Source: a virus. From it: a stretch of 64,000 nt of DNA. The translations under genes and the position numbers were made by a program. The DNA is taken from IMG/VR virus record IMGVR_UViG_3300045988_101799; one strand, given 5' to 3'. Positions 28,621 to 36,681 of this stretch are shown here, piece after piece. Every line of letters begins with the position of its first letter. Position 1 is the stretch's first letter. The notes under the pieces were generated by a model. The model was not told the DNA's origin. It saw only the letters and a program-made list of their open reading frames with translations, and ran no database searches.

Positions 28621-29032
28621 TTTCGTTTTTGGTTTTGTTTATATCTGGTAATATGACATGCTCGTTGAGGTCTTCAACAATCTGCTTGGCCCAGTCCACT
28701 AATTCCTCGCACATATCGACCTCTTGGTCGCCCAGCCGGTACTTGGTAGGTATGCGGAGAACGGGCTGATAGTTGAAGAGGATGATAGCCTCGTCCCGTG
28801 TGTATCGGACGAAGACTTCATGTTCGGTCTCTTCCACTAGCTCAAACTCATAGAAGGGATACCACTTCCCTTCGTTGTCCTCGGTCTTGATAAGGATGCA
28901 GTGGTTTCTATCTTCCCCGCTTTGAACATACGCTAAAGAACCCTCCGCTAGGCTCTCCCATATTTCTGGATGTCTTCCTGTGTTGATGAACCGAACAAGG
29001 TCTCCCTTTTTGAATCTGCGTTTGTTAGTCAT
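28595..29032 (-). CDS. hypothetical protein (MTN start; RFKKGDLVRFINTGR motif); translationally coupled to the paralog array
   Basis: Frame of track ORF 28595..29170. Start placed at ATG 29032 (MTNKRRFKKGDL). ATGACTAA gives the same 8-nt overlap with the upstream stop that is used within the array. Confidence 0.45.
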   Translation of the reverse strand: MTNKRRFKKGDLVRFINTGRHPEIWESLAEGSLAYVQSGEDRNHCILIKTEDNEGKWYPFYEFELVEETEHEVFVRYTRDEAIILFNYQPVLRIPTKYRLGDQEVDMCEELVDWAKQIVEDLNEHVILPDINKTKNENESRTRKS

Positions 29033-29282
29033 TGAAGATTGGTTGTTCCTTTTCGACGAAGGTAATCCCCGTGTCGGATTCTTCCGTCGTGCATTTCTTA
29101 ATCTTGTCACGAAGTTCGATTGCCATTTCGAGGGCGAAGTCTCTTGTCGGAAGTCCCTTCTCATCCTCATTCCTGTGATAGGGGAACATAGCGATACGGT
29201 AGTTTCGATGAATCACCGCAATGATTCCTGCTCGCGGGTATTCCATTAAGAAGGTTTCCAGTAGATATTTATCGTTGGTCAT
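29025..29282 (-). CDS. small paralog family member P1 (type A)
   Basis: MTNDKYLLETF...GIIAVIHRNYRIAMFPYHRNEDEKGLPTRDFALEMAIELRDKIKK. The internal ATG at 29282 overlaps P2's stop by 14 nt. Confidence 0.55.
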   Translation of the reverse strand: MTNDKYLLETFLMEYPRAGIIAVIHRNYRIAMFPYHRNEDEKGLPTRDFALEMAIELRDKIKKCTTEESDTGITFVEKEQPIFND

Positions 29283-29505
29283 TGTTGTTCCTTTTAAGTT
29301 TAAATCCTTTTTCGGTTTCGATAATCGTGCTCTTCTCAATTTTGTGGGCAATCTTCGTTGCCAGTTTCTTTGCCGCGTCTCGCGTCATGAAGCCCCGTTC
29401 GTCCCACTCTGTGTAGTAGAAAAATTGGGCAACGGCAATCCCATCATATTCCACTTCGAACCCGCCGAGCATTTTATTCTCGAAAATTCTTACTTTGTCG
29501 TTCAT
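29269..29505 (-). CDS. small paralog family member P2 (type B)
   Basis: 78 aa. Has the ...FFYYTEWDERGFMTRDAAKKLATKIAHKIEKSTIIETEKGFKLKRNNNDQR core. Confidence 0.6.
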   Translation of the reverse strand: MNDKVRIFENKMLGGFEVEYDGIAVAQFFYYTEWDERGFMTRDAAKKLATKIAHKIEKSTIIETEKGFKLKRNNNDQR

Positions 29506-29508
29506 GAT

Positions 29509-29757
29509 TTATTCGTCTTGGATTGTACAGTCCGTCGGGCAAAGGTCAATGCCCCTTTCTGTCATAACGGGATTCGTGTGGATGAGATGGCGAGCAACCA
29601 TCTTCGCCATTTCTATAGCCCTTTCGCGCGTGGGATAACACTGTTCCTTCTCGCCTCCCTCCCGACAATAGTTAAAGATGGCAAAGGTAGCTCCCTCATA
29701 TTTCACCTTGAGGATTCCTACTCTCTTATTATCTACAATACTAATCTCGTTGGTCAT
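29509..29757 (-). CDS. small paralog family member P3 (type A)
   Basis: MTNEISIVDNKRVGILKVKYEGATFAIFNYCREGGEKEQCYPTRERAIEMAKMVARHLIH. ATG at 29757 overlaps P4's stop by 17 nt. Confidence 0.55.
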   Translation of the reverse strand: MTNEISIVDNKRVGILKVKYEGATFAIFNYCREGGEKEQCYPTRERAIEMAKMVARHLIHTNPVMTERGIDLCPTDCTIQDE

Positions 29758-29983
29758 TGTTGTTCCTTTTAAGTTTAAATCCTTTTTTGGTTTTGATGGT
29801 CGTACTATTTTCAATTTTGCGGACTAGCTTCTCGGTCAGCTTCTTGGCTTGCTTCTTGGTGAAATGTCCTTCCTCGCCTTCCGTGCAATAGTAAAAGGCG
29901 GCAACGCAACAGTTTTCAAGCATGACCCGGAAAAATCCGGCAATGGGGTCATCTACGGTGGTAATATTTAGAGTGTCAGTCAT
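29741..29983 (-). CDS. small paralog family member P4 (type B)
   Basis: 80 aa. FYYCTEGEEGHFTKKQAKKLTEKLVRKIENSTTIKTKKGFKLKRNNNDQRD. Confidence 0.6.
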   Translation of the reverse strand: MTDTLNITTVDDPIAGFFRVMLENCCVAAFYYCTEGEEGHFTKKQAKKLTEKLVRKIENSTTIKTKKGFKLKRNNNDQRD

Positions 29984-30212
29984 TAGTATTGTTCCTTTTA
30001 AGTTTGATTCCCATCTTTGTTTCTATGACCGTGCTCTTCTCAATTTTGCGGGCGAGCTTGATGGCTAGTTTCTTAGCTTGCTTCTTGGTGAAGAAGCCGC
30101 TTTCATCTGCCACGCAATAGTTGAAAACGGCGACGCAACTTCCTCTGTGCCTGACGTGGAACATTCCGCTAGTAGGGAGGTCATAAACACGGGTATCTGA
30201 ATCGTTATTCAT
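29976..30212 (-). CDS. small paralog family member P5 (type B)
   Basis: 78 aa. FNYCVADESGFFTKKQAKKLAIKLARKIEKSTVIETKMGIKLKRNNTND. 8-nt overlap with P4. Confidence 0.6.
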   Translation of the reverse strand: MNNDSDTRVYDLPTSGMFHVRHRGSCVAVFNYCVADESGFFTKKQAKKLAIKLARKIEKSTVIETKMGIKLKRNNTND

Positions 30213-30441
30213 TGATGTTGTTCCTTTCCAATTTGATTCCCTTTTCGGTTTCGATAATCATGCTCTTCTTAATTTTGCGGGAGAGCTTGTCGGCCAGTTT
30301 CTTAGCTTGCTTCTTGGTGAAGAAGCCACTATCATCTTTCGCGCAATAGTAAAAGGTGGCAACGCAACAGTTTTCAAGCAGGACCCAGAAAAATCCGATA
30401 TCGGGGTCATCTATGGTGGTAATATTTAGAGTGTCAGTCAT
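30205..30441 (-). CDS. small paralog family member P6 (type B)
   Basis: 78 aa. The N-terminus MTDTLNITTIDDP is nearly identical to P4. 8-nt overlap with P5. Confidence 0.6.
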   Translation of the reverse strand: MTDTLNITTIDDPDIGFFWVLLENCCVATFYYCAKDDSGFFTKKQAKKLADKLSRKIKKSMIIETEKGIKLERNNINE

Positions 30442-30673
30442 TGGTGTTGAAATAGATTTGGTTAAGTGATACTCCCTCGATGGTACAAACTGTCCCTCTG
30501 CTAACTACGTAGCGGGCAATCTTCGTTGCCAGTTTCTTTGCGGAATCTCGTGTCATATATCCTTGTTCACCAGAGCCAGTGCAGTAAAGAAAATCTGCAA
30601 TGACACTTCCACAGTGAGTTACTCGGAAGAATCCAAATCCTTTGTCTTCTAAAATAGCTACTTTGTCGTTCAT
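30434..30673 (-). CDS. small paralog family member P7 (divergent type B)
   Basis: 79 aa. MNDKVAILEDKGFGFFRVTHCGSVIADFLYCTGSGEQGYMTRDSAKKLATKIARYVVS. 8-nt overlap with P6. Confidence 0.55.
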   Translation of the reverse strand: MNDKVAILEDKGFGFFRVTHCGSVIADFLYCTGSGEQGYMTRDSAKKLATKIARYVVSRGTVCTIEGVSLNQIYFNTND

Positions 30674-30684
30674 GATTTATTCGT

Positions 30685-31194
30685 CTATACGTTTGCGGTT
30701 TCAATTTTTGAGGGGTCGCCGGGAATGGCAATCTCCCAACAGAAGGAGGCGATGAAATCGTTGCGAAGAGTTACCTCTTCTCCGACTTTATACCATCCGT
30801 CGGGAAGGAGATAATCCCTCTTCATATCAATGGCGGCTCCTGCCTCTATTGGTTCCAACGCCATGAAACGGTAGTCCCATTCGTTGTTTTCCGTCTTAAA
30901 GGATTGCAGGATGAACCAAGGGGTAACGTCGGCGGCTTCATCCCCATCTTCGGTTTCCTCCCCAGTAGGCGTTCCTACGACGCGGGCACAATAACCGTTC
31001 CTCATGTTCTCCAAGGCAACCCCGAAGGGCAGGTTGAAGTGAGAGAGGGAATAGGCAATAACGCCCCATGTCAAGGACCGGGCGCGGGAGCAAACCCCGT
31101 CAAGCCTTGGAAGTACCGTGGCTATTACTTCGGGGTTGCTCTCCGGGCCGTCGGAGCAGAGGAAAAATTCTCGGACGCGAGTTGTTGTAGGCAT
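30685..31194 (-). CDS. hypothetical protein
   Basis: 169-aa ORF. Confidence 0.5.
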   Translation of the reverse strand: MPTTTRVREFFLCSDGPESNPEVIATVLPRLDGVCSRARSLTWGVIAYSLSHFNLPFGVALENMRNGYCARVVGTPTGEETEDGDEAADVTPWFILQSFKTENNEWDYRFMALEPIEAGAAIDMKRDYLLPDGWYKVGEEVTLRNDFIASFCWEIAIPGDPSKIETANV

Positions 31195-31202
31195 GGGTTC
31201 TA

Positions 31203-31655
31203 TTAGACGATTTGAAGAGTGAAGGGGAAGGTGCGGGTCCAGTCAACCGTATTGGAGAACTCAACAGTCATCCAGTAGGTCCCGGCAGGATATTCGTCAG
31301 AATCTAATTCAAAGATGTCCGTAGAAAGGATAATGGTGTCAGCAGTGCCTCCGGGTTTCACCGAGGACGTCATGCCAGACGCGACTGTCTTCCATACAGG
31401 CAAGGCTCCGGCGTTGAGCGGGGCTAACTGAATCTTCCATGCAAAGGGGCTTGACGGGGAGACGTTGACAAGAAGAGCGGAGGCATGGGAGAAATTAAAT
31501 TGGAGGTCTCCCTTAAATCCTGCGCCAAAATGGAGGGCAAGGGAGGACATTCCATGCTGAACTTCCAACGTGGGATTTACGCTTACCTGTTCATAGTTCG
31601 CCTTGCGAATGAACTGTCCGAGGCTTCCGTCAAAATATAATTGGTTCGTGTTCAT
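31203..31655 (-). CDS. hypothetical beta-rich protein
   Basis: 150-aa ORF. Confidence 0.5.
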   Translation of the reverse strand: MNTNQLYFDGSLGQFIRKANYEQVSVNPTLEVQHGMSSLALHFGAGFKGDLQFNFSHASALLVNVSPSSPFAWKIQLAPLNAGALPVWKTVASGMTSSVKPGGTADTIILSTDIFELDSDEYPAGTYWMTVEFSNTVDWTRTFPFTLQIV

Positions 31656-31669
31656 GGTGTGAATGAAGA

Positions 31670-32347
31670 TTAAATATTGTGTTTGGGTTTGTCAACCATA
31701 ATCTGCACGCGGCGCGGATAATCCGCAGAGCAGGGAGCGGTGCTTGCGCTCTTTTCCCAGCCGCGTTTCACGGCGATGTCGAGAACCTCCTTGTCGTATT
31801 GGTAGTCGAGGCTCACTCCGAAGTGTCCGGCGAACGCGTCATGATAGACATAATAGATACTTCTCATTTTCTTAATGGCTTTCAGGTCGCTATCGTGCCG
31901 GAACCCCCACACACTACCGTCAACTATACTGGTCCATGCAGGGAAGTCTTCGATGGCCGCCCGCTTCATTCCCATGTATGCGGAGATGAAGATGACATCT
32001 TTCTCGGTAGCTATCTGGCTAGCCATAACATCGAGAAGGTCCGCTTCGCGCACCGGGCATTGAGTATCGAGCACCATGATGTCCATTCCCGCATGCTCTG
32101 CGGCGATGGAGAGGATGGCTTCATCGGGTGCGTCAGGGACGCGGGCAACGTTCAGCCCCTCCGCTTTGGCCCATGAAAGAACGCCAAGGTCCTCGGACAT
32201 GACAGTAATGCGCTCGCCGGGGATGTGCAGGGATTTAAGATAATTGACCGTGTAATGGATTAGGTTTGATTCCCTCTCCGGCCAATGAAGGGAGGGGTTA
32301 TACGAGCTAATGATGTAATGGAAGTTATTGTCCATGCCCGCCATCAT
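31670..32347 (-). CDS. hypothetical protein, possible nucleotidyl- or glycosyl-transferase-like
   Basis: 225-aa ORF adjacent to the GT2-like gene; no firm motif. Confidence 0.4.
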   Translation of the reverse strand: MMAGMDNNFHYIISSYNPSLHWPERESNLIHYTVNYLKSLHIPGERITVMSEDLGVLSWAKAEGLNVARVPDAPDEAILSIAAEHAGMDIMVLDTQCPVREADLLDVMASQIATEKDVIFISAYMGMKRAAIEDFPAWTSIVDGSVWGFRHDSDLKAIKKMRSIYYVYHDAFAGHFGVSLDYQYDKEVLDIAVKRGWEKSASTAPCSADYPRRVQIMVDKPKHNI

Positions 32348-32427
32348 ACACAGAAGAAGATTCTGGTCAAGAAATTTTTAATTGGTATGACACAACCGCA
32401 CACGCTAGTGCCGAGGGTGCAACGAAG

Positions 32428-32476
32428 GAACCCACGGAACCCATTGTGACCATTTGGCCGTGGGTTCCGTGGGTTC
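32428..32476. repeat. perfect 16-bp inverted repeat / hairpin (GAACCCACGGAACCCA ... TGGGTTCCGTGGGTTC, 17-nt loop)
   Basis: Reverse complement verified. Lies in the intergenic gap between the GT2-like gene (stop at 32534) and the next gene (start at 32347). Confidence 0.7.
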
Positions 32477-32533
32477 CGTGGGATTTAACGTCCTGACATT
32501 TCGATGTACGAAATCGATAAGCCAGTTGTACTG

Positions 32534-33286
32534 CTACATTGAATTGTCAGAAGGATAGACACATTCACGTAACTCCTTCATGGCTAATGCCCTAAGGCTT
32601 CTCGGCTTGAAGGAGGGCATAACCATACCGAAGGTGACCACCGAAAAGTGTTTATACTTTTCCGGGGTTACGGTGAAGCTCATCCAGTTCCATGCAGTCC
32701 ATCTCGCCGAAGGGGTCGATGGCGTCCAAGGAAACTCTTTAAGAATGTTTTCCTCTCCCACGATAGTGGAAGCCAGTCGATATATCTCTAAATCTTCCGG
32801 AGCCGTTTCTGACCAATCTGTCCAAGACAAAGATTTCTGAAATGCTTGCTTTGCCAGCTTCCCCGTCATGGCATAACATGTTCCGTGTATATAGTAAATG
32901 TCCTTCCATGCAGTATAGCGTGAGCTACATCCAGCCATGCTCTTCCCCTGCGCTAGCATGTCTTCAATCCAGTCCGCAGACAGAAGACAAGTATCGGAAT
33001 CTAGCTTTATCACAATGTCTTCGTCTTCGGCCTTTTGTGCTAGGTAGGAGAGGATGCCTCGCACACATTCGGGACCGTTAAGATTTCCCCTTCGATTAAA
33101 TTGGCTTCGCTCATAATGTGTGGCTCCAGCTTGTAGGAACTGGGTTTCTGCGCCTTCCGTACACGGGGAATTTCCATCATCGACTACAGTAATAACTGCA
33201 TGAGGGAGAGTTTTTCTCGCGCAACGTACACATTCCAGCGCATCTGGCTGGTCTCTTCTGTAAGTGAATATATAGATGTAGGTCAT
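32534..33286 (-). CDS. glycosyltransferase family 2-like protein
   Basis: ITVVDDGNSP and IKLDSDTCL (DxD-type) motifs typical of GT-A fold enzymes. The track start at 33331 is a TTG codon; ATG 33286 is preferred. Confidence 0.5.
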   Translation of the reverse strand: MTYIYIFTYRRDQPDALECVRCARKTLPHAVITVVDDGNSPCTEGAETQFLQAGATHYERSQFNRRGNLNGPECVRGILSYLAQKAEDEDIVIKLDSDTCLLSADWIEDMLAQGKSMAGCSSRYTAWKDIYYIHGTCYAMTGKLAKQAFQKSLSWTDWSETAPEDLEIYRLASTIVGEENILKEFPWTPSTPSARWTAWNWMSFTVTPEKYKHFSVVTFGMVMPSFKPRSLRALAMKELRECVYPSDNSM

Positions 33287-33299
33287 GGGGCTGGGGGGT

Positions 33300-33860
33300 T
33301 TAAGCAGGACCAAAGACAAATTCAGAACCAATGAATACGGCCCCTCTGTGTAATTGCTGAATGTACCCGTTGGTTCCTTTTCGAGTTCGAGCTACGGGAA
33401 GAGAAAAGAAGGCATCCGGCGATGGCACACTACTTACCATAGACAGACTATAATCATCTCTATTGACGTTAAGATACCATATAATATCATCATCAAGGGG
33501 TGCCATTTCTCCACTGGCTACGGGGTGTAAATTTCCGGGAGCACCACCTATGTTAAAAACCGCGCTTCCAGATACAATAACCCCGGCCACAAACATGACC
33601 GCCGCGTTAGGTCCGGAATTCGTTGGGTCATACACGATGGAGAACATGCTCTCTTCCCGGTTGCGCATGAGGGGGTCATCATTATATACCGGGGTATGGA
33701 ACACTCCTATGTCGCTCTCACCGTATACTGGGGCAATCGGGTCCGGCATTGAATCAAACGGCGGGGCCTCATTAAACATCTCCGTACCCACGGGAACCGA
33801 GGGTACGGGATGATTAAAGAGGTCAGGAGCTTGTGGAATCTCGCTGTACTCTTCTGCCAT
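33300..33860 (-). CDS. hypothetical protein
   Basis: 186-aa ORF. Confidence 0.5.
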   Translation of the reverse strand: MAEEYSEIPQAPDLFNHPVPSVPVGTEMFNEAPPFDSMPDPIAPVYGESDIGVFHTPVYNDDPLMRNREESMFSIVYDPTNSGPNAAVMFVAGVIVSGSAVFNIGGAPGNLHPVASGEMAPLDDDIIWYLNVNRDDYSLSMVSSVPSPDAFFSLPVARTRKGTNGYIQQLHRGAVFIGSEFVFGPA

Positions 33861-33861
33861 A

Positions 33862-34296
33862 TTATTTGCAGTATTCTTTGGAGGGAATTACTACCGGACC
33901 TGCATCCGTCTTGGGCTGTTCCTGCGTAAAGGTCAACCTTCCGGGGCTAACGATTACACAGGATTCTCCATTGCAGATAACTGCGCGGTCCTTACTCACA
34001 TCCGCGTAGGTGCAACTACTCTGCCCCAACGCTCCAAACATGGCTAAAGCTCCAAGGGCGGCACTAATAATCCCGGAGATGATAGTCTTGTACTTGCCGG
34101 GTACGCCAAGGGCGACGCAGTACTTCGCCGTCAGCTGGGCAAAGATGTCAGCCTCTCCCTTGATTAGTTTGCCCGCCATGTTCATGTAGGGCTTCTTCTT
34201 TACCGCGGTGAGCTGGTCCCACGGGGTTGGAAGTTCAGCCATGCTATAGAGCTTGGCCGCGACTTCTACCTGTTCATCGATATTGTTCTTTTCCAT
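33862..34296 (-). CDS. membrane-anchored hypothetical protein
   Basis: 144-aa ORF with the TM segment IISGIISAALGALAMFGAL. Confidence 0.45.
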   Translation of the reverse strand: MEKNNIDEQVEVAAKLYSMAELPTPWDQLTAVKKKPYMNMAGKLIKGEADIFAQLTAKYCVALGVPGKYKTIISGIISAALGALAMFGALGQSSCTYADVSKDRAVICNGESCVIVSPGRLTFTQEQPKTDAGPVVIPSKEYCK

Positions 34297-34304
34297 GTCG
34301 TTGA

Positions 34305-34658
34305 TTAGATTGTTTGTGGCCGGAAGATGTCACGACAGAAAGTGATACCTTTCGGAGTTAGTTTACTTTTAGTCTGTCTCCTCGACCCCCTCACTCCCTC
34401 GTATTCAATATACCCTTTTTCTTCCAGCTTGCGCAGGATAGAGTAAAGAGAAGATATGGGGATGCGAGTGCCCTCACTTATTGTCGGATTCTCATGTTTC
34501 TGCTCGAAGCCATTGGCGTGCATGTACAGAAGGACACGTATGTTATCAATGGTGAGGGAGAAGTCAAGGAGGTCAATATTCAGAAGGAGACCGAGCAAGG
34601 CTCGCTGATTGCTCTGGCCCTTCTGTACGGTTCTGGTTGTGGAGTAGGTCGTTCTCAT
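34305..34658 (-). CDS. PadR/MarR-like winged-helix transcriptional regulator
   Basis: SSLYSILRKLEEKGYIEYEGVRGSRRQTKSKLTPKG matches the PadR recognition helix and wing. Confidence 0.5.
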   Translation of the reverse strand: MRTTYSTTRTVQKGQSNQRALLGLLLNIDLLDFSLTIDNIRVLLYMHANGFEQKHENPTISEGTRIPISSLYSILRKLEEKGYIEYEGVRGSRRQTKSKLTPKGITFCRDIFRPQTI

Positions 34659-35131
34659 ACGTCAGAGCTATCTAAACCTAAATGGGACAACAAGTCAACC
34701 AGATTGTACGCGAATCGTGTCCTACGACCGCGAGGGTCGCTATCATCACGATACCGTACACGTTGAACCTTGCCCCGCTTGAATAGGGTGGTCAGATACG
34801 CCGGAGACTTCAAGCCCGTAGATTCCAATGCGGTAGCTACATCAACGTATCCTTCCGGGATACTGTCATATAGGCCTTTGACCTGCATCTGAATATAGTC
34901 ATTGGCTCCTTCCCCTTCCCAGTACATGGTGTGACCGCAACGAACGTGTTTGACCTTCAATCGGTTCAGGGCGTGAATTACCCACACGGAGCTTCTCCCG
35001 ATTTTATCAGCAATCTCCCCGGTGGCAATGTAGCCCTTCGGTATGTTCTTTACCGGGGGAGTACTATGCCGGGGCCTCCGTGGATGTTTCAATCCGGGAT
35101 GGACGATTAGTCCTCTACTGTTCTTCTTCAT
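34655..35131 (-). CDS. putative HTH DNA-binding protein
   Basis: YIATGEIADKIGRSSVWVIHALNRL is a helix-turn-helix-like segment. Basic N-terminus. Confidence 0.4.
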   Translation of the reverse strand: MKKNSRGLIVHPGLKHPRRPRHSTPPVKNIPKGYIATGEIADKIGRSSVWVIHALNRLKVKHVRCGHTMYWEGEGANDYIQMQVKGLYDSIPEGYVDVATALESTGLKSPAYLTTLFKRGKVQRVRYRDDSDPRGRRTRFAYNLVDLLSHLGLDSSDV

Positions 35132-35218
35132 GCAGGGGTAAAGTCGTTGTCGTTATTGTTCTCGATGATGTAGTATAAGAGAATACCGAGAAGGAATCCG
35201 ATTAGTATATACATACGT

Positions 35219-35449
35219 TTAGCGAAAGAATTTGGCTGTACGGCTCAATACGTCGTTAGGGATTAGAAGAATCTCGTCTCCGGTCGTATAGCCACCGTTG
35301 TATGGTATGGCGAAGAAGAATCCTTTTTTGAGGACTGTGTCAATGAGGTCTTCGTCGGAGGCTAGACCAACTTCGATAGGGGAGAGAATGTGCTCTTCAA
35401 TAAGAAATTGGCGAAGCCCTTTCATTTGTCCAATGTATGGAAGGTTCAT
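35219..35449 (-). CDS. small hypothetical protein
   Basis: 76-aa ORF. Confidence 0.35.
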   Translation of the reverse strand: MNLPYIGQMKGLRQFLIEEHILSPIEVGLASDEDLIDTVLKKGFFFAIPYNGGYTTGDEILLIPNDVLSRTAKFFR

Positions 35450-35546
35450 GAGATGAAATGTTATGCGGCGAGGTCTCCCTCCGCGATTAGTATTGAGTTA
35501 ATGGGGAGGACGAATCCTCCCCCGCTAATGGTTATCCAGTGGTTGT

Positions 35547-36563
35547 TCATTTTTCTTGGGACTTCATAGTTAATACGAAGCTATTCCAGTGGGCTACCGC
35601 TTCTTCGCGAGTGCGGCCATGAATGGAAATGCTATGTGGAAGAAGCTTGGTCCCGTTGCAGACAACATAGCAATGTTTCTCTCCGGGGTAGATGGTTTCC
35701 TCCACGACCTCCGGGATTTCTCCACAGTAGGGGCAGGGACGTGGATGGGCGTCGCAGGCTTCAAAATACCGTCGCACCTCTTGCCCCACTCTTTCGGTAA
35801 ACATATCAACAATATGCTGTGGCACGATTCCTTTGATTCCGGAACCCACGGTGCCTTCGTCCCCGGATTCCGTGGCTTCCTCGTAGTTCAGGGGATGGTC
35901 CAGCCCCTCGTCGAAACAGGAAGCACAGGGTCCCACGGTTCCGGGCAAGTCCCCGTACTTGCATGTGGAGCAGGGGGAGAGGACATCCTCTTCATCCTCT
36001 TCCGCTTCTTCATATTCCGGGTACTCAATTCCCCGCTCCTGTCGGCAATGAGAGCATGGAGGATTGCAACGGAGGTTATCCCGGTGAGTGCAAGTATTGC
36101 ACGGTTCGATGACATCATCGTTCTCGTCTGTACCTTCGGCACATGGGGCAGATTCATCTGGGGTATAATTCTGATAGCCGTTGCAGGAGATGCAGGGTTC
36201 CTCTTCGATAGATACCCCCTTATGTTTACATGTCAGACAGGTAGGACCAGCCATCTCGGCTTCCCTCCGCTTTGCTTCTTCCCGCTTCATCATCTCCATC
36301 GCCGCCAGCTTGTTGGTATCGGAGGTGAAGCTGGGAAGTCCGGGAGTGAGAGCACACTTCTGACAGGGGGATTGCACCAGCAAGGTATCACGGAATTTGC
36401 AGAGGGAGCACCTCCGTGCATCCTCGCTTGCCGCGGTGTCCGTCGCTTGCGTGGATTCCGTGGATTCAAAGTGGCTAAAGTACATGTCACAACTGGCGCA
36501 GGGTTCCGCGGTGTCGGGGAGGTCACGGTATGCGCAGGTAATACAATTCGGTTCGTCGTTCAT
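35547..36563 (-). CDS. multi-zinc-ribbon protein with a C-terminal Lar-like (restriction alleviation) domain
   Basis: Five tandem C-x2-C-x(11-13)-P-C-x2-C modules (CITCAYRD...CASC, CSLCKFRD...CQKC, CLTCKHKG...CISC, CNTCTHRD...CSHC, CSTCKYGD...CASC). The C-terminus RPCPYCGEIPE...HCYVVCNG...EEAVAHWNSF resembles Lar family proteins (PCPFCG...EAIEAWNRR). Confidence 0.6.
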   Translation of the reverse strand: MNDEPNCITCAYRDLPDTAEPCASCDMYFSHFESTESTQATDTAASEDARRCSLCKFRDTLLVQSPCQKCALTPGLPSFTSDTNKLAAMEMMKREEAKRREAEMAGPTCLTCKHKGVSIEEEPCISCNGYQNYTPDESAPCAEGTDENDDVIEPCNTCTHRDNLRCNPPCSHCRQERGIEYPEYEEAEEDEEDVLSPCSTCKYGDLPGTVGPCASCFDEGLDHPLNYEEATESGDEGTVGSGIKGIVPQHIVDMFTERVGQEVRRYFEACDAHPRPCPYCGEIPEVVEETIYPGEKHCYVVCNGTKLLPHSISIHGRTREEAVAHWNSFVLTMKSQEK

Positions 36564-36681
36564 TTTCTTTTGATGTATTTCTTAATGGTTTCGATTACCC
36601 ACAGGGTGAATAGGGCGAGTGCGCACAGAGCAATAGCACCCCATGCGAGGATGTCAGTAATACCAACAAATATTGTCATGG

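Noticed and set aside
29025-30673. Could the near-identical 60-80-bp DNA repeats at 29281, 29755, 29981 and 30210 be a CRISPR array?
   Set aside because: The repeats are gene-sized paralog duplications lying inside coding frames. They have no short, regularly spaced spacers and no leader. This is not a CRISPR array.
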